A DNA stretch of 64,000 nucleotides. It comes from Eledone cirrhosa. Its lineage: Eukaryota. The notes under the pieces were generated by a model that was not told the DNA's origin, did no database searches, and saw nothing but the letters and a program-made list of their open reading frames with translations. The stretch covers positions 88,970,001-89,034,000 of the forward strand of contig OZ024743.1 of assembly GCA_964016885.1 (NCBI GenBank), in the 5' to 3' direction. Below, piece after piece: positions 14,371 through 26,242 of the stretch (position 1 is its first letter; each line of letters opens with the position of its first letter). Both the position numbers and the translations under genes were made by a program.

Positions 14371-14545
14371 GATAGATAGATAGGTAGGCAGATAGATAGA
14401 TAGATAGATATAGATAGACAGACAGGTAGATAGATAGATAGATAGGTAGACAGGTAGATAGATAGATAGGTAGGCAGATAGATAGATAGACAGACAGGTA
14501 GATAGATAGATAGGTAGGTAAGCAGGTAAATATATAGATAGGTAT
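14370..14545. repeat. (GATA/GGTA/GACA)n microsatellite
   Basis: Direct reading. Confidence 0.95.
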
Positions 14546-14934
14546 ATTACACACATATTTTCACAGGTGAAACTATGTTACATACAATATCATCATCATC
14601 ACACATATATTTACATGCATGAAACTATGTTACTTACATATATTTACACACACATAAATATTCATAACAAAAACTGTTATATATATACATATATGAAACT
14701 ATGTTACACACATAATACATAAGTAAAGCTACATAACACATATTTATGTCACACTTGTATTTGATGAATTCTTTTGTGAAATTTTATCGTCAGGATAAAT
14801 TATTATTATCAACAACATGGATCCCTTGATGTGGTGATAAAAAGTAGATTTCTAAATTAATAAAATGAATATAAAATGTGTTTTTGCCCTAGCAGTGGAT
14901 ACATAAATGTATTTGTGAGTTTTATATGGAATAA

Positions 14935-15146
14935 TAATTGTTTCTTCTATAGGCACAAGCCCAGCAATTTGGTGGGAGGGGAAAGTCGATTAAATTGACA
15001 TTACTGGTATTTTATTTTATGAACCCCGAAAGGATGAAAGGGAAGTTAACCTTGGTGGGATTTGAACTCAGAATATAAAGGGCTATAACTCTATGCTACA
15101 AAGCATGTTGTCCGACGCTCTACCAATATTGCCAATCCACCGCCCT
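14935..15146 (-). mobile_element. tRNA-derived SINE, family 1
   Basis: Reverse complement of the 31392-31580 type; B box GAGTTCAAATCC, (AAT)n tail. Confidence 0.85.
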
Positions 15147-15257
15147 TTTATATTGAAGAATAATAATATTCAATTCGTTTACAAGCAAACAGCCTCATTA
15201 CTCTATGTGTTTTAGACGACCATCACCATCCTTTTGTTCTAGAGGTGACAGAGAGAA

Positions 15258-15302
15258 ACAATCGACAATTGTTTCAGGGTAATTGCCTTTTGTCAAGATT
15301 GT
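15258..15302 (-). ncRNA. Decayed minimal type-I hammerhead ribozyme motif
   Basis: ACAATC-TTGACAA-AAGGCAATTACCCT-GAAAC-AATT-GTC-GATTGT; 6-bp stem I, two core mutations. Confidence 0.6.
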
Positions 15303-15500
15303 GCATCTCTATCTTCTGTCACTCACTAGAACTCTTGAGAAGTTATAGTATTCTCTAAGGTATATATCAGCTGATTAGGCTAATTTGCTTAATTTGCCTA
15401 ACCGAGTGATTTTACAGCTGGCTTTGCCGAAAATTAAAAACAAAATTTGTTTCACTCTAGCATTGTGGATACGTAAATGCATTCATGAGTTTTATATTGA

Positions 15501-15850
15501 ATCATCATCATCGTTTAAACATCTATCTTCCACGCTAGCATGTGTTAGATGGGAGTTGTCCCACTTGAGTCAAGATTGATCGGGGGACCGTGTCTCATAT
15601 AGGACTATCTGGCAGGTTTTCTACGGCTGGATGCCCTTCTTAACACCAACCACATTTATAGTGTGGACTGGGAGCTTTTTACTGTGTTACCTACATGACC
15701 AGATTACAGCGTGCACTGTGTTTTATTGTCGTGACACCTACACGATCACATTAGTTTGAACTGGATGTTGTGGTACCAACATAACTTTATAAAGAAAGGG
15801 TGGTGTTGGCGGGAGTGGGAGGATGGAGAAGGGGTAGTTGGTTGGGGTGT
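15501..15850 (-). mobile_element. 3'UTR fragment of the RTE-type LINE
   Basis: Reverse complement of ~33690-34030, including the (GAT)n tail. Confidence 0.85.
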
Positions 15851-15884
15851 ATGTTAATATTTATATCTGTATTTAACATAAAAG

Positions 15885-16426
15885 ATTGAAACTCCCATCA
15901 TCCTTTTGAGAAACCTGGACCCACCAAGTCTATGTGATGGTACACGCTTAATAGTCAGGCGGATGATCAACCATCTCCTAAATGAGACTATTCTTGGAGG
16001 CAATCATCAAGAAGAAAATGGATTTACTCCCAAGATTCCTCACATCCCTTTCTCTACTGAGCTGCTGTTCAAATACTCAAGACTTCAGTTCCCTGTTTGA
16101 GCCAGTTTTGCTAGGACCATACATAAAGCTCAGGCTCAGAGTCTTAAAGTTGTAGGATTGAATATAAGAGAATCAGTTTTTACCCATGACAGTTATATGT
16201 AGGTTGTTCATGGGGGGGGGGGGGGGGGGGGCACCTAGAAACCTTTGTATGTTATGTACAGATGGTGAAACAAAGAATCTAGTGTATCTGGAAGATTTTT
16301 GACTGTTTTTTTTTTGTCACACACACACATACTGTAAACCAGACAATGCATCCAATACAGTCGTTTTCTCTTCTACTTATCTTCTCTTATCATGTTTACT
16401 CGGGTGAAGTTGGCTACCTCAGCTAG
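15885..16426 (+). mobile_element. Helitron 3' fragment (decayed PIF1-like helicase C-terminus and CTAG end)
   Basis: LRNLDPPSLCDGTRL...RLQFPV*ASFARTIHKAQAQSL...TKNLVY; ends CTAG (16423-16426) followed by T. Confidence 0.9.
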
Positions 16427-16450
16427 TATATCTATCCATCTATCTATCTA

Positions 16451-17345
16451 GGGTGACTGGCACATCGAATGTGCTCAGGCTCTCACAGTCCTCTGGCAAA
16501 CGGACCCGGCGATCAGTGGAGACTCCACTTCGACATTCTATAGAGGGTTGGTTCACAGCAAGTGCGACGACACGCTCGGAGAAACTCTGGGTGTAGAGGA
16601 GGACGAACTGGCCAGTCTGTTTAGTAGGACCTTCCGCCCAGGACCGATGGACAACTTCCAAAAGTCCCTGGCCTGGCAGTGCTACCAAGGAGCTCTACCA
16701 GTTTGAGACAAGCTCTACAGACACGGGCGCACACGCATTTGTACACTGCCCGGGCGTTACCGACCTGTGGGGCTATGTAGAACGACTATTGTCGCGGGTG
16801 GGACCAATCCAGTTGACCACCGAGTCCATTGTCATGATCAAACCGCCACCCTCCTTCAAAAACGAGGGAGAGGCGGTTTTCCTATGTGTTATGGCTATGG
16901 TGAAAGAGGTTATATGGTGGATGAGGTTAAAAGGGCTGAGGTCAGACACTTTTTTCTCCGGCCAACAACTGGTCCTTTTTTTCAAGTACCATTTTAGAAG
17001 AAGGATCAGAATGGAGAGAGAGGTGCTCTACCCCAACAAGTTTTATGAAAGGTGGGTGAAAGTGGCGAGAATGGCCCGAGTGAATGGGCCTTCTCTCTAT
17101 ATCAGCCTGTAGGTGAGAGAGGAGAAGGAGGAGGAGAGGAAGGGAGCACCCGCTCTTTGTGCTCCTGAGGAGGAGGGTTGCACATTTTTTTAAGGGGTGT
17201 GTGCAACCCACGTCAACACCCCCTCCCTATTGAAGACTTTGATTGTTGAATTTGATTTATTATATGTTTTTACACGTCCTTTGAAATGTATGTAAACTCC
17301 CCCCTTGTATTTGTCCCAATCTTTGATGCCCTGGTGCTAAATAAA
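16451..17345 (+). mobile_element. Tx1-like LINE, copy F (5'-truncated, internal deletion near 16730)
   Basis: Homologous to copy D; (TATC)n on both flanks. Confidence 0.92.
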
Positions 17346-18109
17346 TAGAAAGTTATCTATCAATCTACCTATCTATCATCTACCTACCAATTGAATTCAG
17401 ACAGCCTTTGATGATAATTGCTGCCACCACCGTCGCTGTCGTTGTCATTTTACATCTGCTTTCCATACTGGCATAAGTTGGATGGGTTTCCACGGTCATA
17501 GACTAGATAGGCAGGAGAGATCTCATCTTGCTCCTACAGCTGGACACCCTTCCTAACACCAACCACCTTATTGTGTGTACTGGGTACATTTTATCATGAC
17601 ACTACTTTGTAGAATGTACTGGATATATTTTATCATAGCACCAGACTAGAGAAATTATCATATGCCTGGCCAGACTGAAGTGTCCTCTCCTATATTGTCT
17701 TCATTTGATTATGGCACCAATGTTGTTCACCACCACTTTACAGGAGGGCCTAAGATAAGGTTTAGGGTTATGGTTAGGTTTAGGGTTATGGTAGGTTTAG
17801 AAATTGTCTCATCTACTGCAGGCAAAGTGACCTCTCCATTCTATGTAGTCTCTGGTCTCTCATGTTCTCTATTTTTAGTGTTGCAGTGCTAGTACTGGTG
17901 GTAGGATGTGTTTTGTATTATGGTATATTTGCCAGTCAGCTTGGTTCAGTGACAGCTTTGTGAGGTTCAGTTTTTTAAGGTAATTTTTTACAACTTCATC
18001 TCCTATTATAAGTTTCATTTACTTCAAGTGCTTAATACTTCTTTAAACAGCGCTTGCTCTCTTTATACATCACATGTCCATAGCAACACAATGCCTTTTT
18101 TACACACTA

Positions 18110-18432
18110 TAGCTTATACTGTAAAGTAGTCGGGTAGGTATCACAACAATAAGCACCCAGCCCACACTGTAAAGTGGTCGTGTAGGTGTCACGACAAAAA
18201 ACACCCAGCCCACACTGTAAAGTGGTTGTGTAGGTGTCACAACAAAAAGCACTCAGCATAGACTGCAAATGTGGTTGGAGTTAGGAAGAGCATCCAGTTG
18301 TAGAAAGTTAGCCAGAAACACTTCTATATGAGCAAGACACGGTCACCTGACCCAACTTTCCTCTAATGGGACAACCTGTGAAACCCATGCTAGTGTGGAA
18401 AATGGACGTTAAACGATGATGATGATGATGAT
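18110..18432 (+). mobile_element. RTE-LINE/SINE-type 3' tail with ~42-bp subrepeats
   Basis: CACACTGTAAAGTGGTCGTGTAGGTGTCAC repeats; GGACGTTAAAC(GAT)n end. Confidence 0.85.
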
Positions 18433-18509
18433 GCTGATATTTGATTTTTCTTCTTTACTTTTCTCTCAGTTCATTAGTGCTCTGCTGTTCCTTTATGTCA
18501 ACATTACAT

Positions 18510-18705
18510 ACCAAGCAGATCATGTATGCCTCATTTCTTTTTAGCTGCTGTAAATCTTCTGCATTCAAAGCCTACATCTTGCTGCCACGTAACATAGCAG
18601 TACAAACACAAGTATAGTATAATCTACTCTTCATGTTGAGAGAGGCCCTTTGTTGCCAGCAGAGGTAATAGCTCCCTGAACTCTTTCCATCCTGTTCTCA
18701 CTCTG
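18510..18705 (-). mobile_element. Older RTE ORF fragment
   Basis: Minus strand reads RVRTGWKEFRELLPLLATKG..., homologous to ~33130-33330. Confidence 0.85.
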
Positions 18706-18799
18706 AGTATTCCTCTTTCGGTACATATCCCACAACTTTAAAAGGCCTTCAACCGTATACAAAGGGTTACAGCTTGAAAGGCCCTATGTTGCTATGTTA

Positions 18800-18996
18800 T
18801 GGGGGTCGGCTGAAAACTTCATAGCCTGACCAACATATTCTCATGGAATGACCAAATGAGGTTTATTTTTCAACATACTCCCTGGAAAGAAACAATGCAG
18901 TTATTAATAAGAAAAGTTGAAATTAAAGCATGCAAGATTTCACAGGTCTAGTACCACTCCTTCATAGTCAGCCTATGAACTTTTCAGCCGACATCA
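18800..18996. mobile_element. Tc1/mariner-type MITE
   Basis: TIR cores GTCGGCTGAAAACTTCATAGCCTGAC / GTCAGCCTATGAACTTTTCAGCCGAC (2 mismatches); TA on both flanks. Confidence 0.85.
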
Positions 18997-19397
18997 TACA
19001 TATGTAAATGTCGATGTGATATTGTTAAATGGTTAAGAAGTTTGCTTTGCAATCATAAGGTCTCAAGTTCAATTCTACTGTATGGCATCATGGCCAGATG
19101 TCATTTACCATAGCTTTGGGGTCAATCCAAGCCTTATAAATGATGGATTTTATAAATGATGGAAGCCTGTATGATGGATTTTAGCTGGTCACACACTGTT
19201 TCCTGCTGAAACTGCCTAAGACTTACATTAAGGGTACACATGTCTGTGGAACGCGCTCAGGTACTTACATGTTAATTTTATCAGCTGGCTGTTTCATTGA
19301 ATGGACAACTGGAACGCTCATCACTGAAACCGATGGAGGTCCATTCTATTTCATTCCTCATGTGTAAATGTATGTATCCATATGTATAAATGTGTGT

Positions 19398-19745
19398 GAA
19401 GCCGCATGACTTGGTGGTTAGAGCGTTGGGATTGCAATCATGAGTTCGATTCCTGGACCGGGTGATATGTTGCGTCCTTGAACGAGACACTTATTTCACA
19501 TTGCTCCAGTTTACTCAGCTGTAGAAATGAGTTGCGACGTCACTGGTGCCAAGCTGTATTGACCATTGCCTGTCCCTTGGACAACATTAGTGATGTGGCG
19601 AGGGGGGGGGGGGGGCTGGTATGCATGGGTGACTGCTGGTCTTCCACAAATAATCTTGCCCGGACTTGTGCCTCGGAGGGGAAACTTTCTAGGTACAAAT
19701 CTCATGGTCATTCATGACCAAAGGGGGGGGGGGGTCTTTACGCTT
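19398..19745 (+). mobile_element. tRNA-derived SINE, family 2 (CORE-like body, different tail)
   Basis: A box TGACTTGGTGG, B box GAGTTCGATTCC; body shared with the 24912 copy. Confidence 0.8.
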
Positions 19746-20596
19746 TATACACACATGAAGTAAAGATATAATTTGCTGACAATACACTAGAGAAGGTGAA
19801 AGAGTCGAGGTTATGGCTAAGTTCAACTTGGTAGAGAAGGGTGATTGGTGCTTGGTTCTAGTGAAGAATCGACTTAAGAGAAACGTTTAATGGTATAAAT
19901 GTATGTCGTTGTGGGATATAGGGATTTCACATCCGTGTTAAATAGGTGCTGTGCTGTGTTTTGAGGAGAAGGAAACGAATGTTAGAATATTAAGGGCTTG
20001 GTTAATACTATTAATATGTGAGGGACAGGGTGACAACTGGCTGTAGTATGATTTTATTAATTTCCTCTTTACTTTCCAATAACATTCGTAATACATGCAG
20101 ACTGAATGTCAAACAATAACAGTATTTCCCTTTTCCTTTTTATTCACCCTTCGTAGACAAATATGGGTGACTACTTTAAACATTAAGCATATTTAAACAT
20201 TACTAATCCATTCAATGATATCTTTACGTACGTCCCTATTGCTCAACTATTGTTCTCTAATCCACATAGCATGCTAAGCCATGTCATTTTACAGAAAAAA
20301 TATTTTTTACATTGTATTTCTCTATTATGACTTTTTAATGTAAGGCTTTGGCAGGGCTATAACTCAAGTATCCCTAGCGGCTCGGCGATCCATGACCTTT
20401 ATATCGATATATTTGTCTATTATCTATCTACCTATTTAGGTATCTCTTCTTCCCTATGTGTATATCTATCTACCTCCATCCATATCTACCTATCCATCCA
20501 TCTCTTCTATCTGTCTATCAATCCATCTAAATCCAACAGAAGCAGTCAGCACAGTAGTTACCTCCCTTAATAGAAGTCTTTAGATAGCCGTCGAAT

Positions 20597-20623
20597 ATGG
20601 CGGCGGGAGACTTTGACGACGAT
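20597..20623 (+). CDS. Candidate first coding exon of a host gene (MAAGDFDDD)
   Basis: AATATGGCGGCG start context, CpG-rich surroundings, GTAAGT donor, phase 0. Confidence 0.75.
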
Positions 20624-20776
20624 GTAAGTTCTCGTTGTTGTTGTTGTTGTTGATTTGCCTGCTGTTATCTTTTGTCACTTTGTACCGTGATAGCTGTTGC
20701 TTTTTCCTTCCTTGTCATTCGACAATAATATATCAAATGAGGTCATCTAAACATTAGTCTGTTGCATTTGTTGTAG

Positions 20777-20837
20777 GAGCCGGTTACGCCGGACCACATG
20801 TCGTCAGTAAGAGAAGTATTTCTGGACAAATATCGAG
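20777..20837 (+). CDS. Candidate second coding exon (EPVTPDHMSSVREVFLDKYR, phase-1 end); weak resemblance to MOSPD2-like N-termini
   Basis: TTTGTTGTAG acceptor, open in phase with exon 1, GAG|GTAAGT donor; product identity uncertain. Confidence 0.72.
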
Positions 20838-21089
20838 GTAAGTGGTGAAACACCATCATCTTCTGCTGCTGCTACTTCTCTCTTTTGTTGTTGTCATCAG
20901 ATGTTAGAGGAGCCAAAAACTATCAGAACACAAATATCTTGATACGATACCGTTTAACTTTACTGCTTCTAGCCCCTTTTTTTCTTTCTTTCTCGTTCTC
21001 TCTTGTTTTGTCATACACGTCCACTTGTTTTCGTCAACATTACCTCCCCCTCTCTCTCTCTCCACACACACACAAACACACTCACACAC

Positions 21090-21122
<33 letters not shown>

Positions 21123-21307
21123 AGCTTATTTGTCTCTCTAAATCGCCGTGTCTCTCTAATTATTGACAATCAGTCTTTCGTCTTCTCTTCCGTCTCCATC
21201 TCTCTAGCAACGGCTCTTCTACTTTTCTCTCTGTTATGTTTGAATGTATACAGCTGCACACACACACACGCACTATACATACACACACACACACACACAC
21301 ACATACA

Positions 21308-21348
<41 letters not shown>

Positions 21349-21611
21349 GTACACAAACACACCCACTACATGTATACACACCCACCCACAAACACGTACA
21401 CACACACACACACAATATATATATATATATTGCTACACAGACGTCAACCGTTTCTAACCATTCCGTTATTTAAAGATTTCACTGAAGATGGCAGAATTTA
21501 TTTCCCATTTTTACAGTTTCGTAGATATATAAACATTTTTATGATAATATATATATATATATATACACACACACTACACACGCGTACATATATTTATATA
21601 CACACCTGCAC

Positions 21612-21671
<60 letters not shown>

Positions 21672-24222
21672 CATGTTTGTCTACTCTTAATATATAGGTG
21701 TTTATATGAATATATACGTGCTGTATGCCTGATTGTTATTTAAGTATATATATATATAATATTTTGCAACAAACACACAGTATGTTATTAGTAGTTGTTA
21801 GTGTTAGCGTATTTTTGTTTACTTTTGCCAGTTTTCCTTTTGTTGCAGTCATCTGACAACTCTTCTCTTCCAGTGTACACTGCGACAATTATTTCAACTC
21901 ACACCACACACACGGTTTATAAATGTATATGTATGTATGTATGTATGTGTGTGTGTGTGTGTGTGTGTATAAACACATATATATTCGTGTGTATGTGTTT
22001 ATATAAATAGTTGTATATGTGTGTGTGTACGTACAGACACATACACACACACATATATATTTATAATATTACCATATATATATATATAAAGAGAGAAAGA
22101 GTAATCATCTAAATGTGATTATTTTCGGAGATCCCCGCCCCTTTTTTACGTGTTTCTGTTATTGTCATTCTGTCAGATAACGCGGAAGAAACTACTACGA
22201 TGGTCCCTAAACCCCTTAATTATCACGATCCTTAAATATCTGGCCCTCTGATATCTTTAACAGTTTTACGTTGTCTTGTTACTGTATCTCGTATGTCACG
22301 TTTCCCAGCTCACAACCTCCACCAGACTCAGTACCAGTAATACTATTGGTTTATACTCTCCAAAAATTAAAGTTTATTATGATTACTTAGAAACGAAAAA
22401 GGTATCAGATTATAAATACTTTCATTATTGTGTAGTTAGTTCCGTTATTTAATGGATTTTAGTACTGAATACTTTTGATCTTTTTGTAGCAGGCTAAACG
22501 TAACGTTTACTCGGGAAATTTTTTTCATCATTCCTTTCTATTTCACGTTGATTATGAATGGTATCAATCAGGATTTAGTGTCATCGATATTTTCCACAGC
22601 AACGTGATGTCATTTCTACAACTTGAAATTTTGAAAAATATAAAATTCTATCAACATAATCATAATCTACATCTTTGAAAACGTATCTCAGCAAAATTCC
22701 ATAAAATATGGAATATACCTCAAGAAAGTTACAAGGAAACAAAACCAGAGGGTGGGCGTATGTGTGGGGTTACTAAATTATAGTTATGCCTATAGTCATG
22801 TCCCCACTTTATTTCAAAACGTGTTTCAGGCCGATGAAGGATTTCCTGACCCCTTCCCCCCACCGGAATGACCTCTTCAACGTCAAATATATATATTTTT
22901 TCTATGTTAGTAGTAACTGTTAGAATTCTTCCGATTGCTATATGATGAGGTCCATGCCATCTAAAGTCATTTCTCATCGGTGGACCCTGTCTAAAATACC
23001 ACTTACGATTTCTGTATGGGAGTCTGTTTTCACATTGGATTACGAATTACTTGCTTCTGCTTAAATTAGAAATCATGTTTTATATAATCTGTTTATTGTA
23101 TAAGCCCCATTTTTATATGACTTTGTCCAGCCCCACATGTAATACTCCCCACTCCTGTGTTCATAACATTTATTATATTCTATGTGCGAACCCCTTGTGC
23201 AGGGCCGGAGTAAATCATTTTGATGCCTTAAAAGATTGTGGTACTTTCTTCCACATATAAAGTCTGCCAAAAGAATTGGAGTGGGAGATGGTAATGACAG
23301 ATATATTTAATTTGAATAAAATGGTGCCTCACTTCCCTTAATGCCATATGTGTTTATTTTGTTTAATGGTTTAATACGGTCTTGTCCTTATGGCTAATAG
23401 ATGAAAGAATTATTGTTGTTGTTGTTAATTATGACCGGGTATGATTATCACATTTCCCCGCTTTCTTTCCTCAACTCCATCATGTCTTCTACACTAGGAA
23501 GTGTCGTAACTATATGATGGGTGTGTTGGGGAAGGGTTGGGGTGGGGGAATTCCAGCAAACGTCAGCCACGCTTTCATAGCAACCTGTTTGAGAGTGGAA
23601 TATAATGATGACCCTACAGGAGATCACATTCCGTCTGTGTGTGTGTGTGTGTGTACACACACACGTTTGTCAAAGCATGTAATTCCGTGAACTGTTTATT
23701 ATATTTCTGCTCCCAACCGTTTTGGATACTGATATATGTATGTACTTAATTGTCTGTATATATCTGTATATATATATATATATATGTATATATTATATAT
23801 ATATATATATATGCGTGTAATCATTATTATCGTTTTTACGTCCGCTTTTCCATGCTTGCAAGGTTTGGGTGGTTGGTGTTAGGAAGGGCATCCAGCCATA
23901 GAGACCAACCCCAATTCAGTTCTGTATCAGCAAGATATGGTCATTAGATCTGGCTTGTCTCACAACGGGACAACTCGTGTAACCTATACTAGCGTGGAAA
24001 AATGGACGTCAAACGGTGATGATGATGATATATGTGTGTGTGAGTGAGTGTGTGTGTGTGAGTAATTATAATGGAATAGCCCACTATTAATTTTGGTAAG
24101 ATGTGAAAAGCTCAATGCTTGCTTGAGGTCTGCAGTAAGTAGGGATTCAAAACAATCAAAAGAGTCTTCCGAAGGTTAAAGTTCTTGTTAAAGACATTGA
24201 GGGCAACAGAGCATAAATATTT

Positions 24223-24272
<50 letters not shown>

Positions 24273-24644
24273 ATATATATATAGTTATATACATATTCCC
24301 GAATTGTGTGTGAGAGGGGGATATAACCACAGTTAAAAAAGTACTCAAATTGGTATAGGCATGTTTATAGGCATTTTCATTTATATATATATATATATAT
24401 ATAGACGGGGTAACAAATAATAGTTAAATGCAGTCCACTTAGGTATAGTCCAGTTATGGTATTCCAGGTAGTGGATGATATTAACGCTTGGCTTGGTTTG
24501 ACTTAACAAGGCGTTTTCATAGTGATGCTGCGGGTATGCCGTAATTCCTATGTTGTAAACACTTGGAGTAATAATAAATCAGGAAAGAAGGTTATATAGT
24601 AGCCTGTATATTCTTTTCTTGCCTGTGTATTCTCTTCATTCTCG

Positions 24645-24757
24645 CATGCTCCGAAGATCTGACTGGTTATAATTTTGTATTGGCGATCGAGTAACGTGAA
24701 AATAAGCGAATAGCGATCTCTAGACCTACCAGTTCAGAGAAACAATTGTCAGCTATG
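24645..24757 (+). ncRNA. Type-I hammerhead-like motif with a long stem-II loop (core variant CCGAAGA)
   Basis: GCT-CCGAAGA-TCTGACTGGT...ACCAGTTCAGA-GAAAC-AATT-GTC-AGC. Confidence 0.65.
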
Positions 24758-24806
24758 AGATTAAAAACCTTTTTTGTATAGCAAACCATGTCAACCTTCT
24801 TTCCTG

Positions 24807-24858
<52 letters not shown>

Positions 24859-24888
24859 AGATCAAAAGATGGTTAAAAGAGTTCCATG

Positions 24889-25304
24889 TATTTTATTATG
24901 CGCATTTCTATGGAGGCACATGGCTTAGTGGTTAGAGCATTGGCCTTGCAATCGAAAGGTTGTGAGTTCAATTCTCAGACCAGGTGATGTGTTGTTTCCT
25001 TGAGCAAGGCACTTTATTTCACATTGCTCCAGTTTACTCAGCTGTAGAAATGAGATGATAGGGACTGCGGTCCCTATCATTCCACTGTAAAGTGGTCGTG
25101 GAGGTGACACGGCAAAAAAGCACCCAGCACTCACTGTAAATGAGGTTGGTGTTAGGAAGGGCATCCAGCTGTAGAAATCAAGCCAGAATCAGTTCCTGTC
25201 CCACCCTTGCAAGCAGGGAAAAGCGGACGTAAAATGATGATGATGATGATTTCAAAAACAAATATCATCATGGGATGATACTTGCGTTCTCATCAGATAA
25301 AATA
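24889..25304 (-). ncRNA. Type-I hammerhead ribozyme split by a SINE insertion
   Basis: With the SINE removed: TATTTTAT-CTGATGA-GAACGCAAGTATCATC-CCAT-GATGATATTTGTTTTT-GAAA-TGCGCA-TA-ATAAAATA. Confidence 0.75.
24912..25250 (+). mobile_element. tRNA-derived SINE, family 2, with RTE-LINE-derived 3' tail
   Basis: A box TGGCTTAGTGG, B box GAGTTCAATTC, CORE-like body, GGTTGGTGTTAGGAAGGGCATCCAG tail, (GAT)n; closely similar to 63165-63502. Confidence 0.92.
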
Positions 25305-25859
25305 TGGAGACATGATATGAAGTTTAAAAAACCCTTGTGAGCAGTGAAGTGTTAAATCTACATATGAAAAATAAAGTAAGATGGATATATGAGATTGGGA
25401 AAAAAAAGAAGGAAGAGGGAAGGAAAGGTAAGGAAGAGGAAGAAAGAAAAAAAAATACATGGTACTCTTTTAACCATCTTTTGATCTTATATTATTTATA
25501 CTCCAGTCCTATAAACTGTTGAGTGCTACTTATCCGATATTTGCATTGCTTTATTGTGCTACAATAAAACTCACCTCCTATTGTATATTATAATTTATTA
25601 TCTTCATCACTGTTTTACATCTGTTTTCTGTGTTGGCATGGGTTGGACAGATTGTTAAATTTTGACCCTAGACAGATCAGTTGATCACATCTACACATAT
25701 GTGTTCTATTTTAGCATAGTTTCTACTGCTAGATGTCTTTCATACCAACCACTTTACTGAGTGCATATTATTGTGGCACTACCAGTTTACAGAATAGATT
25801 AGGAGCATATTATCATGACATCAGAACTTACTTTACAGAGTGAGTCGGGTGCAACAGAA

Positions 25860-26005
25860 TTCATTTTTCCCAGCTGAGTGAACTAGAGGGATATGAAGTC
25901 AAGTGCCATACTCAAGGAGAGAATATACTGTTCAGTTTGGGTATTCAACTCATGACCTTACAATCATGAGTCCATCACCCAAACCACTAAGCCATCTGCT
26001 TTCAC
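25860..26005 (-). mobile_element. Diverged SINE family 2 head and body
   Basis: Reverse complement of 24912-25050. Confidence 0.7.
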
Positions 26006-26210
26006 ACATCATCATCATCATCATCCTTTAACGTCCATTTTCTACGCTAGTTAGACAGGTTGCCTCATTGTGAGATAAGCTAGGTCCGATGACCATAACT
26101 TGCTCATACAGGACTGGTTTTGCCATGGTTTCTATGGCTGGATGCCCTTCCTAACACCAACCACATTTACAGTGTGCTGGGTGCTTTTTGTTGTGACACC
26201 TACACATTTG

Positions 26211-26241
<31 letters not shown>

Positions 26242-26242
26242 C

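Noticed and set aside
24912-24995. tRNA gene
   Set aside because: A and B boxes belong to a SINE head followed by body and tail; no complete cloverleaf
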